Positions 12,956-26,562 are shown, numbered from the stretch's first letter. The stretch: 64,000 nucleotides of DNA from the human T2T-CHM13v2.0 reference genome, Homo sapiens (GCF_009914755.1 NC_060925.1), one strand, 5' to 3'. Numbers and translations are program-made. The notes: generated from the sequence alone by a model not told the origin.

Positions 12956-14059
12956 GGACTGGGTTGGCAGGAGGGACAGATATTTGGTTGAAAAAATGTG
13001 CCCTGAGCTTCCTCCCTGTGACAGGTCCTGAGCAAACCCTTAGGGAGGAACTAAGATGTGTGGGGAAGGCTTTCAAAGTTTAAGGAGGAAACAAGCTATG
13101 TAAATACATGACTGTAATAGTAAACAGGTGGCCTCCAGGAGTGGAGAGTCAGTGGCTTTGGAAAGAGAGAACTAAAAGTCATGCCCTCACATCAGGCAGC
13201 TCAGGGAGAATGTCGTGTCTGGGTTGGGACTTGAAGGAGGAGTTTTGACCAGAGATTATGGTAGAAAAATACATCACGTAAAGGGGAAAGCATGAACAAA
13301 GAAGTAAGGGAGTAAAAACCTGAAGACTTCAGAGAAGAACTAATACGTTGGAGATTAGGATCCATGTGACATACGTGAATAAAGCTGGAAGGTAACAAAG
13401 CTGTCCATGAAGCTAGAAGGTAAGTTAAGGCCAGAGGGTTTGCGTGTCTTGAATGCGCAGCTTAAACGTTCAGAATTCTCCAAAAAGCAAAGAACCATTG
13501 CACGTTGTTGAATACATATTTTGGAGGAATGGCTCCGCTTTTCAGAGTAGCCAAGTATCCCCAGAGCAGGTGCCTGGCCCAGCCATCCTGTTTCATCAGA
13601 AGAACAAGGAATGTGGCCACCACTGAACAGGGAAATGAGGGAGGGCAGGCAGGGAGAAGTACTAGTGAGTTACACCGTTATAAATACACTTTAGGGCTGT
13701 GTGAGTTGGCCATAAATCGCTGCACTGTGCTCAGGTGATGTCACCCGACGCTCGGCTGTATTTATAGCTTTGTTCACTGTTCCCTGGGATTTTTTTTCTT
13801 GGCACATTCGAGGTAATATGTGTCTCGCCCCCACACACTCATCCTGAACAACAGAAGATAAACTTTTATGCCACTTCTGCTCATCTTCTCCCAGCTCCTT
13901 GGAAGGATGATTTCCTGGACTTACCAAGTGCCTGCTTAGTTGGGAATATCCTCTTGCAGTTCAATTGCTAGCCCCCTGGCTTTGTACTCTGAAATGGAGC
14001 TCAGCCTCCTCTCTACTCCAGTAAATCCTTTGTGGAACTCAGAATCAGAAATATCTCCC

Positions 14060-14870
14060 TTTTTGCCAGGCACTCTGGTAACAACAGTGAACAACACCAG
14101 TACAGGCTCTACCTGCACAGGGCTTATGATCAAGCATGGAAAACAGACATTGAATACTTAATTAGAAGGGAGATGAATGTTACTAGTGGAAATAGAAGGT
14201 GCTTGAAGGCAATAACAAGGTGATCTAGCTTGTCTGGAGGAATTAGAGAGGCTTCCATGGAGAAGTGACATTTAGTGTGAGGTCTGAGGGATGAGTAGGA
14301 CTTAGCTTAAGGGGCGAGGTTGGGATAGACCCTGGGCGGAAAGAACATTGCAGGCAAGAGAACCCCATGTGCCGAGACCCCAAACAATGAGAGAAATATG
14401 GCCAGTCCCTAGAACTTAGAGAAGCCAGGTGGAGTTGGAGTGTAAAGGATAAGAAGGGGAGTGGAGAGCAGTGGGGTTGGGAGGGAAGGCCAACGTACCC
14501 CAGGCAGGCTCTAGGAACCAACGGGAAGGTGCTGTATCTGATCCTAAGGGCAATGAGAGCCCCAATCAGTTTTAAGCAGGAGAGTAATGTGGTCAAATTT
14601 GAGCTGGAGAAAAATTATTAGGCTTGGGCTCATGCAGAAAGGCCTTGCTGGTGTTGAGGCAGGAGATAATACACATGGAGCAGGCTGGTGACAATGAAGA
14701 TGGATGCAAATTAGGCCACTACCTGAGAAAGCCAATCCACAGGATTTGGAGACTGTTTGAATGTGAATGGGGATGGAGAAAGTATGTACTCGCAGATGTC
14801 TGGTCTGAACAATAGGATGGAGGTTGGTGCCATTCTTGAAAGAGGACTGCTGAAGGAGTAGCCAGGGTTG
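14060..14870 (-). mobile_element. LINE-2 fragment
   Basis: TGCCAGGCACT...GAGGCTTCCATGGAGAAGTGACATTTAG...GGGCAATGAGAGCC..CAGTTTTAAGCAGGAGAGTAATGTGGTCAAATTTG matches L2 in reverse. Confidence 0.8.
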
Positions 14871-15714
14871 GTTGTTGCTTCATTTTGTTTTTTACTTGGG
14901 GGACAACATTTTCCTCTGAATTTGCTTTCCTCTGGATCTATTCCCAAAGCCTAGACTAGGGCTTTGCATGAGGAGGACCTATGGATGGGGGAAGCATTGA
15001 GGCTCATGGCTAAGGGCTAGTAGAAAAGGGGAAACTGCCAATGCCTGCAAGAGGTGACTTGGTACCAGGACCTGTTTGCTGGCTGTATCTTGGAAGCTGG
15101 AACAGAAGCACTGGAGAGATAGTAAACCAACATTCTCCATCTGTCCATTTAGGAAATGCCACCTGAGCCAGCAGCCAGACCCTGCCTGGCAGGTACCACG
15201 AGGCCTGTTCCCTGGCACAGAAGCCAGAAAGCCAGTGGAAGTAGAGAGGAGTTCCATTGTCCTGGAGCTTGGCTGTCACAGGTAGGAAGGCACCAAGTCA
15301 GGTGAAAGGAGTGGGAGTCAGAAAATTGGTCCCCAACTCTGGACCTGGGGAAGAATCTTGGCTCTGGTTCCTTGAGAGGAAATGAGCCAAAGTTTCCAGA
15401 AGTAGTTCTCAAACACAGAGAATTTACAGAATACCCTATGGGCCCTGATGGAACCCACTAAAAGGCATCCCCAGGGAATATCTCATAACTCAATATTAGA
15501 GACAAAGAATATTACAGTACCATGGGGGCATCAGAGTTAGCAGGAAATTGAGGCCAGAGAGGGGAGCTATCTAATCTAAAGCCACACTCAGACTCTAAAG
15601 ATCCTGAATCTCCATTTCTAGGAAACTTTTCTTGATGCCTGCAAGCTGAGTTGAGTAACTTCTGTTTTGCACTAAAAAAAAAAGCATTTTTCTATATGCA
15701 CTTCCCACCTCTGT

Positions 15715-15870
15715 TGTAATTATCTGTCTGTATTTACCACTAGACAATGAGCTTTTGGAAAACAAGGGGGTGTGCTTCATTCTTCTTTATATCCCACGTG
15801 CTTCACCCAGTGCCTGGCAGAGAGTGAGCTTTTAATACATGTTTGTGGGATGAATAGATGAATGAATTGG
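15715..15870 (+). mobile_element. LINE-2 3' end
   Basis: CACTAGACAATGAGCTTTTGGA...CCAGTGCCTGGCAGAGAG...TGAATAGATGAATGAAT. Confidence 0.75.
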
Positions 15871-18471
15871 GTGAATGGTCTAATTACTTAATTAATCTCA
15901 ACCAAAACCCTTAACAAATCTCTACTGGGGGTTATAACGGTTGGAGTGACATTGTTAAGAGTTGTGCTTTAAGTTAACGGGCTCTCTTATAGTTAAGGTT
16001 AAGTAAACTTAGCCCTTATATTTCCGCTCATATGAACCTTATTTAATTTCACTCTTCAACTGCCATGATGTTCAGTGTCCTTAATAGAACTTCAGGCCAT
16101 AATCCTAGCTGCAAACTCAATCTCATCTCTAGCTTGGATGAAAACATAAACCATAACCCTCTAAACCAGTTCTGATACTAAATGAATCTAATGAATGGGT
16201 GGTTTTAGGTGTTCAAGGAAGCACTGGGGAATGTTAAAGGCCAAGAAACTCTGGGCTTGGGGACAGAATCCAAGAAAACTAAAACCAAGAGCCAAAGGAA
16301 GATGAGAGACTTCTCCCTTTTCCTCAGTATCCCTTGCTTCCTGCTCACTTTATTCTCTGATTTCCAGACCCCTTACAGAAGACTACAGCCACATAATGGT
16401 CAGAGCCGTTTAGGTATCAGGAGTGTCTTTGCTGATAAAAGCATTTGGAATGAGACTGGGGTGCAAGGGTGGGAAAGATGGAGTTAGTGAGATACATAGG
16501 TGAATCCTGGCCTGAGAGGCCTGGGTTCTAGTCCCAGGTCTACTGTGCCTTCCCTTGCGACCTTTGACAGACCATTTTGCCACTCTAAGGGAAATGAACT
16601 TCATGCTGTCTCCAGTTGTGCAGCTTCCCATTTGAGTTATTAATTCATTATTACTGTCTCCATTTTTTCCAAAAAGTCTATTTCCCACTGCCCTCCCCCC
16701 CACACACGTACCCACTCCCCATCTCAACGCCTCTGCGCAGAGTTGCTGAATGCTAACACTCTTCTTTTTTCTGAACAGGTCTCCTGAACCAGGCTACTCA
16801 TTGGAAGCAGGGATCTTCCAATCCCCGTGACTCAGGCAATGAGACATCCATTAAGCCTAATAAGAGATAACTGGTTCATTTAGTACAAATTGCCCTCCCC
16901 CCGACACTTCCCCTGCCCTATTGGAGCTGGAATATGAAGCAATGGAAGGGGAAGGGCTGAAAATGGGTGGTGTGGAATGGATCCCAGTCATTCGCAGGCA
17001 ATGCTGGCACACGGTGGATATATACACCGGGAACCCGTCTTTGCCAAGGTCATTCTTTCTAAGCCCCTGCCTCTGAGCAACTTCAACCCACCCAAAACAT
17101 TTCTCCCTAAATATTTTGGATACTTCTCAGTAGACAGTCCTTTATGGTGGCTAGCCTCTGGTCTTTCTCCTTCAATAGCAGCACTGCTTCCTAAGTGTCC
17201 TCTGACACCCATGCCCCATCCATGGAGCCTGACCTCCTTCGTCTACCATCTTCCCCTTCTGTAGGAGGCCTAAGATGGCCACTTAACCCCACTGCTGTCC
17301 AGGGTACCTAGTTTCTGTTGCGTGTCTTACTGGCATCCTCATGTCTTAATGTATCAGGGATCTGGGCTTCCTTGGAATATCTTCTTTGCTCTGCACAGAT
17401 GTCAGAGAGGGTGAACAACTATCATTTCAACTGCTGAGACCCCTGTTCCTTGGCAAGATATCAAGCATAGGTGGCAAAACTGAGATGAGGAAACGCCAGT
17501 CCCCAGGCCCAGAATTCTTCTTCACTTTTTTTACAGGGCCAGATACTCTTTACAGAGAGGCCAGCCTAGCTGGACCCAGGCTCAAGGCCCCCTGGCCACT
17601 AAGGAGAGGTCTGGGGTACTTAGACTGATGCTGTCTTTCCTCTTGCCCCACTCTCCCCTCAGATTGCAGATTAAAGACTTTTTCCACTGCCATATGGCGG
17701 TCCCCTGCCCCTGCCCTTTTTCTTGTACATCTCAAAAGCTGGGCAACTTAAGGAAAAGGAGCAGAAGAGAAATAAACTGGTATAATAGCAGGAAATCTCA
17801 AGGCTGAATATCTGGAAGGACTTATGCAGTACCTGGGCTGTGAGATACAAAAGTGGAGAAGGGATGAAGAGCCCCCTTTGCTGGGAGGACTTTGGAAGAA
17901 GGGGTACATCTCTCACTCTCACTGCTCTGGGCTATAGTCTGCAGCAGGGGAAGAGACAAGGTGACCTCTGGTAATCCCTTGCCCTTGGGGACTCAAGGTT
18001 TCCTTTAAGGTCAGGATTATTTTCCAAGCTGAGAATAAGGATCTCACCCTTTCTCTCCTCTGTCTCTGGTAAGCAGCAGGGACACAATACTCCACCTCTC
18101 TAGGGGGGAAAAGGACAATTTATAGAATTGTTCTGCTGTTCTTAGCCCTCATTGAGACAAAGAATTCATTTCTGTCTCTCAAGGTGGCTTCTCCTGCTTA
18201 TGGTCATAAATTGCCTTCCTGCTCACTCCCTGACCTCTTGATCTTTTTGCTTTTGTGCTAAAAAAAATTATTAATATTTCTCTTAACTCCATATATAACC
18301 TTTGGCTGTTTCTCTCCTTTATTCTAGGTGAAGTAGCATCCTTAGGGATTACTTCCTCCGCCTTCGCGCCTGCCTGCTTCTGTTGGGGCAGGGCTCTGTG
18401 CATGAGGATGAAGACAAATCTACAGGAGGAAGATTCAAAAGATCTCTGTTTGGGGAAGCTCTAAAACTGAA

Positions 18472-18730
18472 AAATAATCACAGCTAACATTTACTGAGCA
18501 TATGCTGCATGCCTAGTATTGTTCTAAGGGCTGTATGGATATGAACTCAATCCTCACAACTACCCCATAATGTAACTACTATTATTATCCCTGTTTTCAT
18601 ATGAAAAAAACAAGAACTAGAGAGGTTAGCTACATAAAATGTCCAAGGTCACACAGAAAGGAAGGGAAAGAACCTAGATTTGAATCCCTGTCTGGTTTCA
18701 GGGCCCATGTGCTTTGCTGTCAACTACTCT
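18472..18730 (-). mobile_element. MIR SINE, near full length
   Basis: AGCTAACATTTACTGAGC...AATCCTCACAAC...ATTATTATCCCTGTTTT...GTCCAAGGTCACACAG...GATTTGAATCC. Confidence 0.85.
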
Positions 18731-19211
18731 GCAAGGTACCTCTCTGATAGGGAGGGACTTACCCAGCTTTCGCTCTACCCTCAGGGAGCTCCAGAATGGT
18801 GTGACATGCATATTCCTTGCCCCTCAAGAATCCCCAAGTTTGATAGGGGAGGCAGATATCCTGTCCTAGGAAGATATGTCCAGTCTGATGGAAAAGACAC
18901 AAGCTTTATCTTTGGATCATCTGACTAATACTAGGGACTCAGCCCCAGGATGTCTACAGTTTGATGAGTTATGTTATTAGATTCTAAGAGACTCAGTTAA
19001 TTCGACTAGACAAAATTGTGAGCCTTAGTGTTAAAGAGACGAGGATGGAGCAAAGTTAGGGCAGCTTAATTGGGGTTGCCCCAGGAGGGGAGGGTGATAC
19101 AAGATTGGCAATAAGCAGAAGAAATGCTAGTGGAGATAAGAGGGCAGGACACTTGTGTGGTGTGCAGACTTGCTGAAGACAATGTCTGGAAAGCAGGGGT
19201 TTGCTTAGTTT

Positions 19212-19706
<495 letters not shown>

Positions 19707-20111
19707 CTGGGGATGAGGTCTATGGTGTCTTAAGCTCTGAGATCTGGGATGCTGGATGACTTATGTGGAAGAAATTCTAGAGACATGAGTTTGCTATGAA
19801 CTGAGCTGGTGAAGATTTGGAATTAAAGGAAAGGGGGAGGGAAAAGAAAAGCTAAAGGACCAGAGGAGACAGGCCAGATTGTTGTTTTCGCTGTTAGTGA
19901 GCTAGAGAAACTTGGTTCCTCTGTTTCTAGGCTTTTGAGGCAAAATAAAAGGCCCACAAAAATCCAAAAGGTCTGATAACCCAGTCCCTTCTCATAAAAA
20001 GAATAGCTATCAAGCCTGATATCAGACATGGAGATTAGGCAGGAAACACTGAGCTAAGAATATTCCCTTCCTTCGATTAAAGACCTTTTTTTTTAAATTA
20101 ATGCTCTCCTA

Positions 20112-20440
<329 letters not shown>

Positions 20441-20544
20441 AAAATAATACTTTCCTAAGTCAGGGTCACCCTCGCCTTCCCCTCCATACACCATCATGTG
20501 GAGTGGAAAGGAGAAAAGGCTGTCTCGCTGACATGTCCGGAGCT

Positions 20545-20953
20545 CCCTACCTCAGGGTTTTTGCCTTTGCTGCTACCATCTTCCTGCTGCATTCTTCCCT
20601 CAGACGCCTGAGCAGCTAAACCCTCAGTTCCTTCAGGTCTGTGCCCAAATGTGGCTGTAGCAGAACAGCTTTCTTTGATTACCTGTAAGAACAGTAATTC
20701 CTCCCTCTCTCCCTCTCCCTAATCTTTTATCCTGCTTTATTTGTCCCCCATAGCATTTACCATAACCTAGTATATTTCATATTTTTTTCTACTGCCTCTG
20801 ACTTTCCTCCAGAATGGAACATTAAAGGGAAAGACTTTGTCCTTTTTTTTTTATTATTATTGTCTCCCCAAAGCCTAGAATGGTGACTGGAAAATAGCAG
20901 TCTGGAGCTGAAAAAATATCTGTGGAATGTATGATTAATGAATGAACAAATGA
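20545..20953 (+). mobile_element. LINE-2 3' end
   Basis: CCTCAGGGTTTTTGCCTTTGCTG...TCCTTCAGGTCTGTGCCCAAATGT...GCCTAGAATGGTGACTGG...AATGAATGAACAAATGAA. Confidence 0.8.
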
Positions 20954-22032
20954 AAAGCCTTATGTGTCTGTGTGTTGGTGTCTTTCTGTGTACGTTTGGG
21001 ATTGCAGTCCTATTTCTCTGGCCAAAGTATGGCTCTATTCTTAAGCTGTGCTTGCCTGTGTTTTGGAATATATGAAGAATTCTCTGGGTCTGTGCATATG
21101 GGGCTTCTGCATATGAGCTTGGGTGTTTTCCTGCCTTTCTCTGTCTTCTAATTGTGTGTGGATGCGTCTGGACCACAGGCTGGTGTTAGTATCTGCGGAG
21201 GAAAGAGGAGCTGTGGCCGCTACACATCAACAGAGGGCACCAGAGAGCCACGCACCTACTTTCAGGGGCAGAAATTGAGAAAACTTGGCGGGGAGTGTTA
21301 GAGACCCAGGAGATCTGGGATCTGGGAGGAAAGAAGTGGAGACCTCTTTGGACCAACACATTACTGTAAAATTGTGCAATTCCAGCAACTTCTCTGTCCA
21401 TTCCCTAGGGTCCAGACCTCTGGCTACCCGAGCAATCCTGTGAGCAGAAGTATCTGGTCAGGGGTGAGAAGAGGAGCTGGTTGCCAAACTGGGCCCTTAA
21501 GAAAGTGGAGATCCCTCCTGAATGCTCTCATGATTCTCAGGAATTCCCTTCCTTCCTAGTTCCTCCATGTCCCTACCCCAAAAGATCTCAAACTCCAGCG
21601 TGCTTAGAGATCTGACTGGTGGCTGTCTTCTCCTCTGGCTTGCATTCAGGGAGGTGAGGCCAGGTCTTGGCCCTTCAAAGCCATCCAGTTGGCTACCTTC
21701 TCCTTCGGGATGGGTGGAAGGCTAAGATGAACAAAGGAAGGGTCAACTGTGCCTCTTCCAGGCCGCTGAGTCCTCCAACGCCTAGCTGTGCTCAACCTTG
21801 ACTGGGTGAAGCCAAGGCAGGGCCTCAAGGCAGGTCCAAGAGGCAGCTCCCATTCTCCAGTTCTGGGTTTTATAGGTGGGGAGAGGCATGTATGCCCCTC
21901 CCTTATCCAAGCATTCATTAGTCAATTGAGAATTCTTAATTTGGGGAATCTAGGGGCTAGACTTTGGGTGTGGAATTTAAAAAGAAAGGTCTTTATGTTT
22001 ATTTAACTCCCTGCCCCCCACCCCACTCCTAG

Positions 22033-22044
22033 ACACACACACGG

Positions 22045-22076
<32 letters not shown>
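22033..22076. repeat. (CA)n microsatellite in the KIRREL1 proximal promoter
   Basis: Direct read of an interrupted CA run. Confidence 0.95.
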
Positions 22077-22078
<2 letters not shown>

Positions 22079-22149
22079 CCCATCACATCCTCTGAGCTAG
22101 AGGCTGATGTCCCTCAGCCCATGTTCCTCCTCCACTGCTTAGTTCCATA

Positions 22150-23530
22150 GCCCGCGACCAAGATTGCGTCTATAAATAGGAGGGGGTGGGGTGGCCAGGG
22201 GTCCCGTCGTGCCTGCCCCAGAACCCACGACGGTCACATTTTTCACCCCCTTTTGCCTTTGCCCTCAATTCCTTTCCCTCTTTGCTCTCCTTCCATCTCA
22301 GTTCCAGCGAGGGGGGTATGTGTGTGCGCGCGTTGTGGGGGGGCAGGGGGAGGGCTCGTGGAGGGAGGCGCCGTCGGAGGGAGAGTAGACGTCAGGCGGA
22401 GGGAGGGAGGCAGGCAGGCAGGGAGGCAGGGAGGGAGAGAGGGAAGGAAGAGAAGGGGAGAGAAAGGGGGAGCAAAGACCGAAAGAGACCCAGAGAGATA
22501 CAGCTTGAGAGGAGAAATAATTAAAGGGGGAGGGCGACCAGGAGGAGAAAAAGGTCTGGGAGGAAAGAGAGATAAAGAGAATCGGAGGGCAGGGAAATGA
22601 GTTTGTGCGCGTGAGTGTGCGCGCGCGCGTGTGTGTGTGCAGGGGCGGGCGCGGGCGGGCGGGGGGCGGGCTCCCGGGCTCCCGGGCTCCCCTCCTCCCC
22701 AGCCCGCTCCTCTGGCTCGCTCGCCAACTCCGGGCCCCAGCCGCGGGCGGGCGCACGGCGGGCGGACAGCATGCTGAGCCTCCTCGTCTGGATCCTCACT
22801 CTCTCCGATACTTTCTCCCAAGGTAAGGGCCCCCAGCCCACCCCCGGACGCTCGGCTTCCCCCCGGGGCCGGGGCACTGCTTCCCCGGTGGGAGAGTGCT
22901 GGAGTGCCCCGCGGCCCGCGGCCAGTCCCCGGGTCCGGACGCCACGAGGCGGGGGCTCGGTCCGGGCGCAGAGCCCTGGGGGAGGGGGCGCGGAGTAACG
23001 AGGGGCTGGGGAGAATGAGTTTGCCGTTGATTTGCCCAAGTTGTTTCCTCTGGCTGCGCGGGAGAACCGAGCAATGGGGCCGCGAGGGCTGGAGGTCCGA
23101 GTAAAACGGGGAACCGAACGCTTTCTCTTGAGCTTCTGGCAGCCCTACCGACCCTCGCCCTCTGAGGCCGGGGTTCCGGACGCCTGAGTCCAGCCTAAGG
23201 GCAAGGCTGGGAAGAGGGTGGGATTTCGGATTTCGGGCGAGGGGGTGAGCGAAAAGCTGGGTCCCACCTCCCGAAGATGTTGCCAAGGGGATCCCCCTAC
23301 TCCAGCCCAGCCCCTCGGGGGTCTGAGTCTGAATCACGGCTCCAGCCTGCCTGGGGCTGCCCCCTCTAGAGGAAGGGAGGGGTGTCTCGGCGCCTCTAGT
23401 GGGGATTTGGAACCCCTGCCCACGGAGGCTCTGGGTGGAGAGTGGAGTTCCACATACAGCTTCAGGCCCGCTTGATACAGAGGGGGGGAACTCACGGGGG
23501 CGGGGGCAGAGGCGGTGGGGGGAGGGGGCT
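22150..23530 (+). promoter_or_regulatory. KIRREL1: KIRREL1 CpG-island promoter / 5'UTR / start of intron 1
   Basis: Dense CpGs and GC boxes (GGGGCGGG repeats 22642-22670). CTATAAATAG at 22170, CRE-like AGACGTCA at 22387. Surrounds the coding exon. Confidence 0.9.
22771..22822 (+). CDS. KIRREL1: KIRREL1 (NEPH1, kin of IRRE-like 1; Ig-superfamily adhesion protein) coding exon 1, signal peptide
   Basis: ATGCTGAGCCTCCTCGTCTGGATCCTCACTCTCTCCGATACTTTCTCCCAAG encodes MLSLLVWILTLSDTFSQ plus a split Gly codon, matching the recalled KIRREL1 N-terminus. Kozak -3 A. Canonical phase-1 donor AG|GTAAGG. Confidence 0.95.
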
Positions 23531-26289
23531 GACACTCTACTTGGGCTCAGGAAAGTGTTGCTGTCTGGGGCTTATTTGACACTGGCAGGGGAGAGGCTGG
23601 GAGGTGAGGGAGGTGGTTGGGAGAGATGAGGATGTCAGTGTATCCTGGGCAGGGCTGGGGTTGGGGGAGGGAAGAGGGCTGAGGGAACCAAGGGTCCAGA
23701 CTGCAGCAGGGACTGGGGTCTGTGGGAGTTGGTTCTTGCCTCCCAGGTCTGACTCTAAGGAAGACTGAATCCTGCTGAACTCCTTCCCTCCCCAAAAATG
23801 GAGCTGACACACAGAAATTGACACACAAACACCGTAAAACACTCACAGACACTGAGACAGACTACTCACCTACTGAGAGAGAGACATCCCCACAAACATC
23901 CCCCACACTGAGACAGACACATATACACAAAGACACGGAGACATCTGAGGAAGACAGATTCCTCCCCCAGATCGGCACACACTCACGCATTCATCCACCC
24001 GAACGTTACAACTATACACAGTACATGTATGCAGGCGTTTACAAGGACAGGACACACGCTCTCACAGAAACCAACCCTCTAGCAAACAAAGAAACTTGAA
24101 CAGACATTCATATGGGCAGACACCTATGGAGATGTACAGACTGCAGATGGAGGAGGTGTCCTCTTTTAGGGGGTGTCTGGGAATGGATCTGGGTAGAACA
24201 GCCTCAGGCATTATTGCCCTGCTTTCTGTTCCCTTCCTGCGTTTGTAGGTGGTGTGTTATGCTGGACCTTTCCTCTCCTTGTCGGGTCTCTTCCCAGTTC
24301 CGAAGGCAAAGCCTGGCTGAGTTGGTGGGGGCACGTCTTGATTCATTTCTCCCCACAGGGCACCCATGCCAGCCCCCCAGCACACACTATGATATGGGAA
24401 GGGCACACATCTGTGGTGTGAGCCAGGAGTGGGAGGTGGTGCTAGGGGAAAGGAGGAGGCCTGGCCCTGGGGTTGGCAGGCCAGGCCAGCCACTTGGCAG
24501 AAAGTTGGGAAGATGACTTAAGTTCTGACTTTGTTCAGCCAGGCTGTTGGTGTCGGGGAGGAAGGGGGTGGGCCATGGTGGTGGTGGAGGGGGGTCATGT
24601 TGGTGGTGGAGGAGGCCCCTGGGTCAGTATTGGTCTATGTTGGGGGCAAGCTTATGTCTGTCCCTTTCTTACAGCCCTTACATGTCAGCATCATGGATAC
24701 AAATGAGTGTTAAGGAACAAAAGCAGCAGTTAGCAAACAGGAGAGACATGTGGATTGAATTGGGGACAGAAAGAATTGTGTGTTGTGTGCCTTTCTCTCT
24801 TTGGAAAGGAGCGAGTGGCTAGGGAATGCTGAGCTCCCACTTCTCTGCTCCAACAGGGGTGAAAGCAGGACCTGGTGAAAGTGTCTGGGGTTGGGGGAGA
24901 GGATACCAGAGAAAAGAAAGGGAGAGACTAGACAGGAGGGGAGGGGAAATCACTAGTGAGTGTTGGGGGAAGCTTGGCAAGGGACTGGGGAGGAGGCAGA
25001 GAGGGAAGGAGTAGGGGTCTGGGGAGACTGGGACACACATGGGGGTGGAGAGCTTGGCAGGACCCCCTTTCCTTAGCCTCCATCCTCAGAAAGGAGCTCT
25101 AGGTCAGGGACTGGGGCAGTGAGAGAGGAAACGGAGGGGGGCGCTACAAAAGGGAGGAGGAATGATGGTGGGGGAATAGGGATGGGGGAGTAGGTGTCAG
25201 CAGGAAGCCATAGAATTGAGGGGAGCAGAGAGGAGAGGGGAAGGGGAGATTCAGCCTAGGCTGAGAAATAAAAATCGCATTTTAAAGAATTTCAATGGGC
25301 TTCATCAATCTTCATTTTTCACTAAATAATTTTCTGTATCTTATCTAAATGAAAACCATTATCCTTCCCCCCGTTTCCATCATGCGCCGGCTCCACAGAC
25401 TGATTGCGCCGAAAATTGAAATATTTATTCATTTTCTGGGAGATTTTCTCGCTCCCTAGTCTCGGGGAGGAGAAATTGAAAAAGAAAGATTATAGCTAAT
25501 CAGAGCAATGTGGGATGACAGGCCGGCTCGGGGAGGGAGCTGCCTCCGTGGGGGGGATGGATGTGGGGGCAGGAGAAAAATAAGCCCACCCAGCCCCCAG
25601 AGCTCCCCCTGGCATTCCTGCCACAGCTTTTGAGGGGAGTAAAGGGTAAAGGGAGGAGGCCCGAGGGCCTCCTAAATTCCCAGGATTCAACTCCCTGAGT
25701 ACAGCTGAATCCTGGCAGAGAACAGCAGGTCTGGAGAGTAACTGGACTCTCCCCTTTCGGTGCTACACATAGACACATATACACACTTTAGATGTCCCAC
25801 TTCTGCCCAGAGCAGGGCGCTGAGGTTGGGGAAGAGTCAGGGGAGACATGGCAGAAACCAGGACACTGGGTTCCTCTCTTTGACCTTGACTGAACTCCAC
25901 TTTCTGCCTTCTACTCACTTAGACCCAAAGGGAGGGTGTGAACCAAGTACTCAGTGCCTCAGCCCTGGGCCCCAGAGCACCTGGTCAGGAGGAGGAGGAG
26001 GAGGCATCCAGGCCTTCTCGCCTCTGCTCCTTCCCACAGCTGAGTGGTTGGTTGTTCTGGCTCTGCCTTTGGCGCTCCAGTGAGATGGGAGGAGGAAGCC
26101 CCACCTCTGCCCCCCTAGGACCTCTTTACACCCTTACAAGGACTAAGTCTTAATTTCTTTTATCCTATAGTTTCTGGTGGTAAGTGCCCCTTAAATATCT
26201 GATCAATTGATTGATTTGATGAGCGCGCTGCAGTGCTGGAAAGAGGCAGCATTCGATGGCGATTAAATCACAGACTCGCATCCAGCTCC

Positions 26290-26480
26290 CACCTCCACCA
26301 TTTGGTAGTCGTAAGCTTGAACAAGTCATGTACATTCCCTGTGCCTCAGCATGCTCTTCCAGAAGTGAGGATGGAAGTAATACCTCATAGGGTTGTGGTG
26401 GCACTTGAATATGTTAATCCATGTAACGTACATGGAACAGTGTCTGGCACAGCGAGAAGTGCTCAGTAAATGCTTGCTAT
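26290..26480 (+). mobile_element. MIR SINE
   Basis: CCCTGTGCCTCAG...GTAATACCTCATAGGGTTGTGGTG...AACAGTGTCTGGCACAG..AAGTGCTCAGTAAATG. Confidence 0.8.
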
Positions 26481-26562
26481 CTTGACTTTGAGGTGAGACA
26501 TAGATAGACAGGCAGTCAAGTTGTCTGCGCTTCCTTTTCTTCTCCCTATGATTCTTTGTGGG

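Noticed and set aside
15880-16200. AT-rich stretch with TTAAGG/TAACC hexamers resembling degenerate telomeric repeats
   Set aside because: No sustained 6-bp periodicity or true TTAGGG array; too weak to call.
22823-22998. Continuation of the KIRREL1 frame past the signal peptide (GKGPQPTP...)
   Set aside because: This is intron read-through beyond the canonical GTAAGG donor, not KIRREL1 protein sequence.
22243-23535. 430-aa minus-strand ORF across the KIRREL1 promoter
   Set aside because: Pro/Arg/Gly/Ser-rich with no recognisable domain and a non-ATG start. Long stop-free frames are expected in GC-rich CpG islands.
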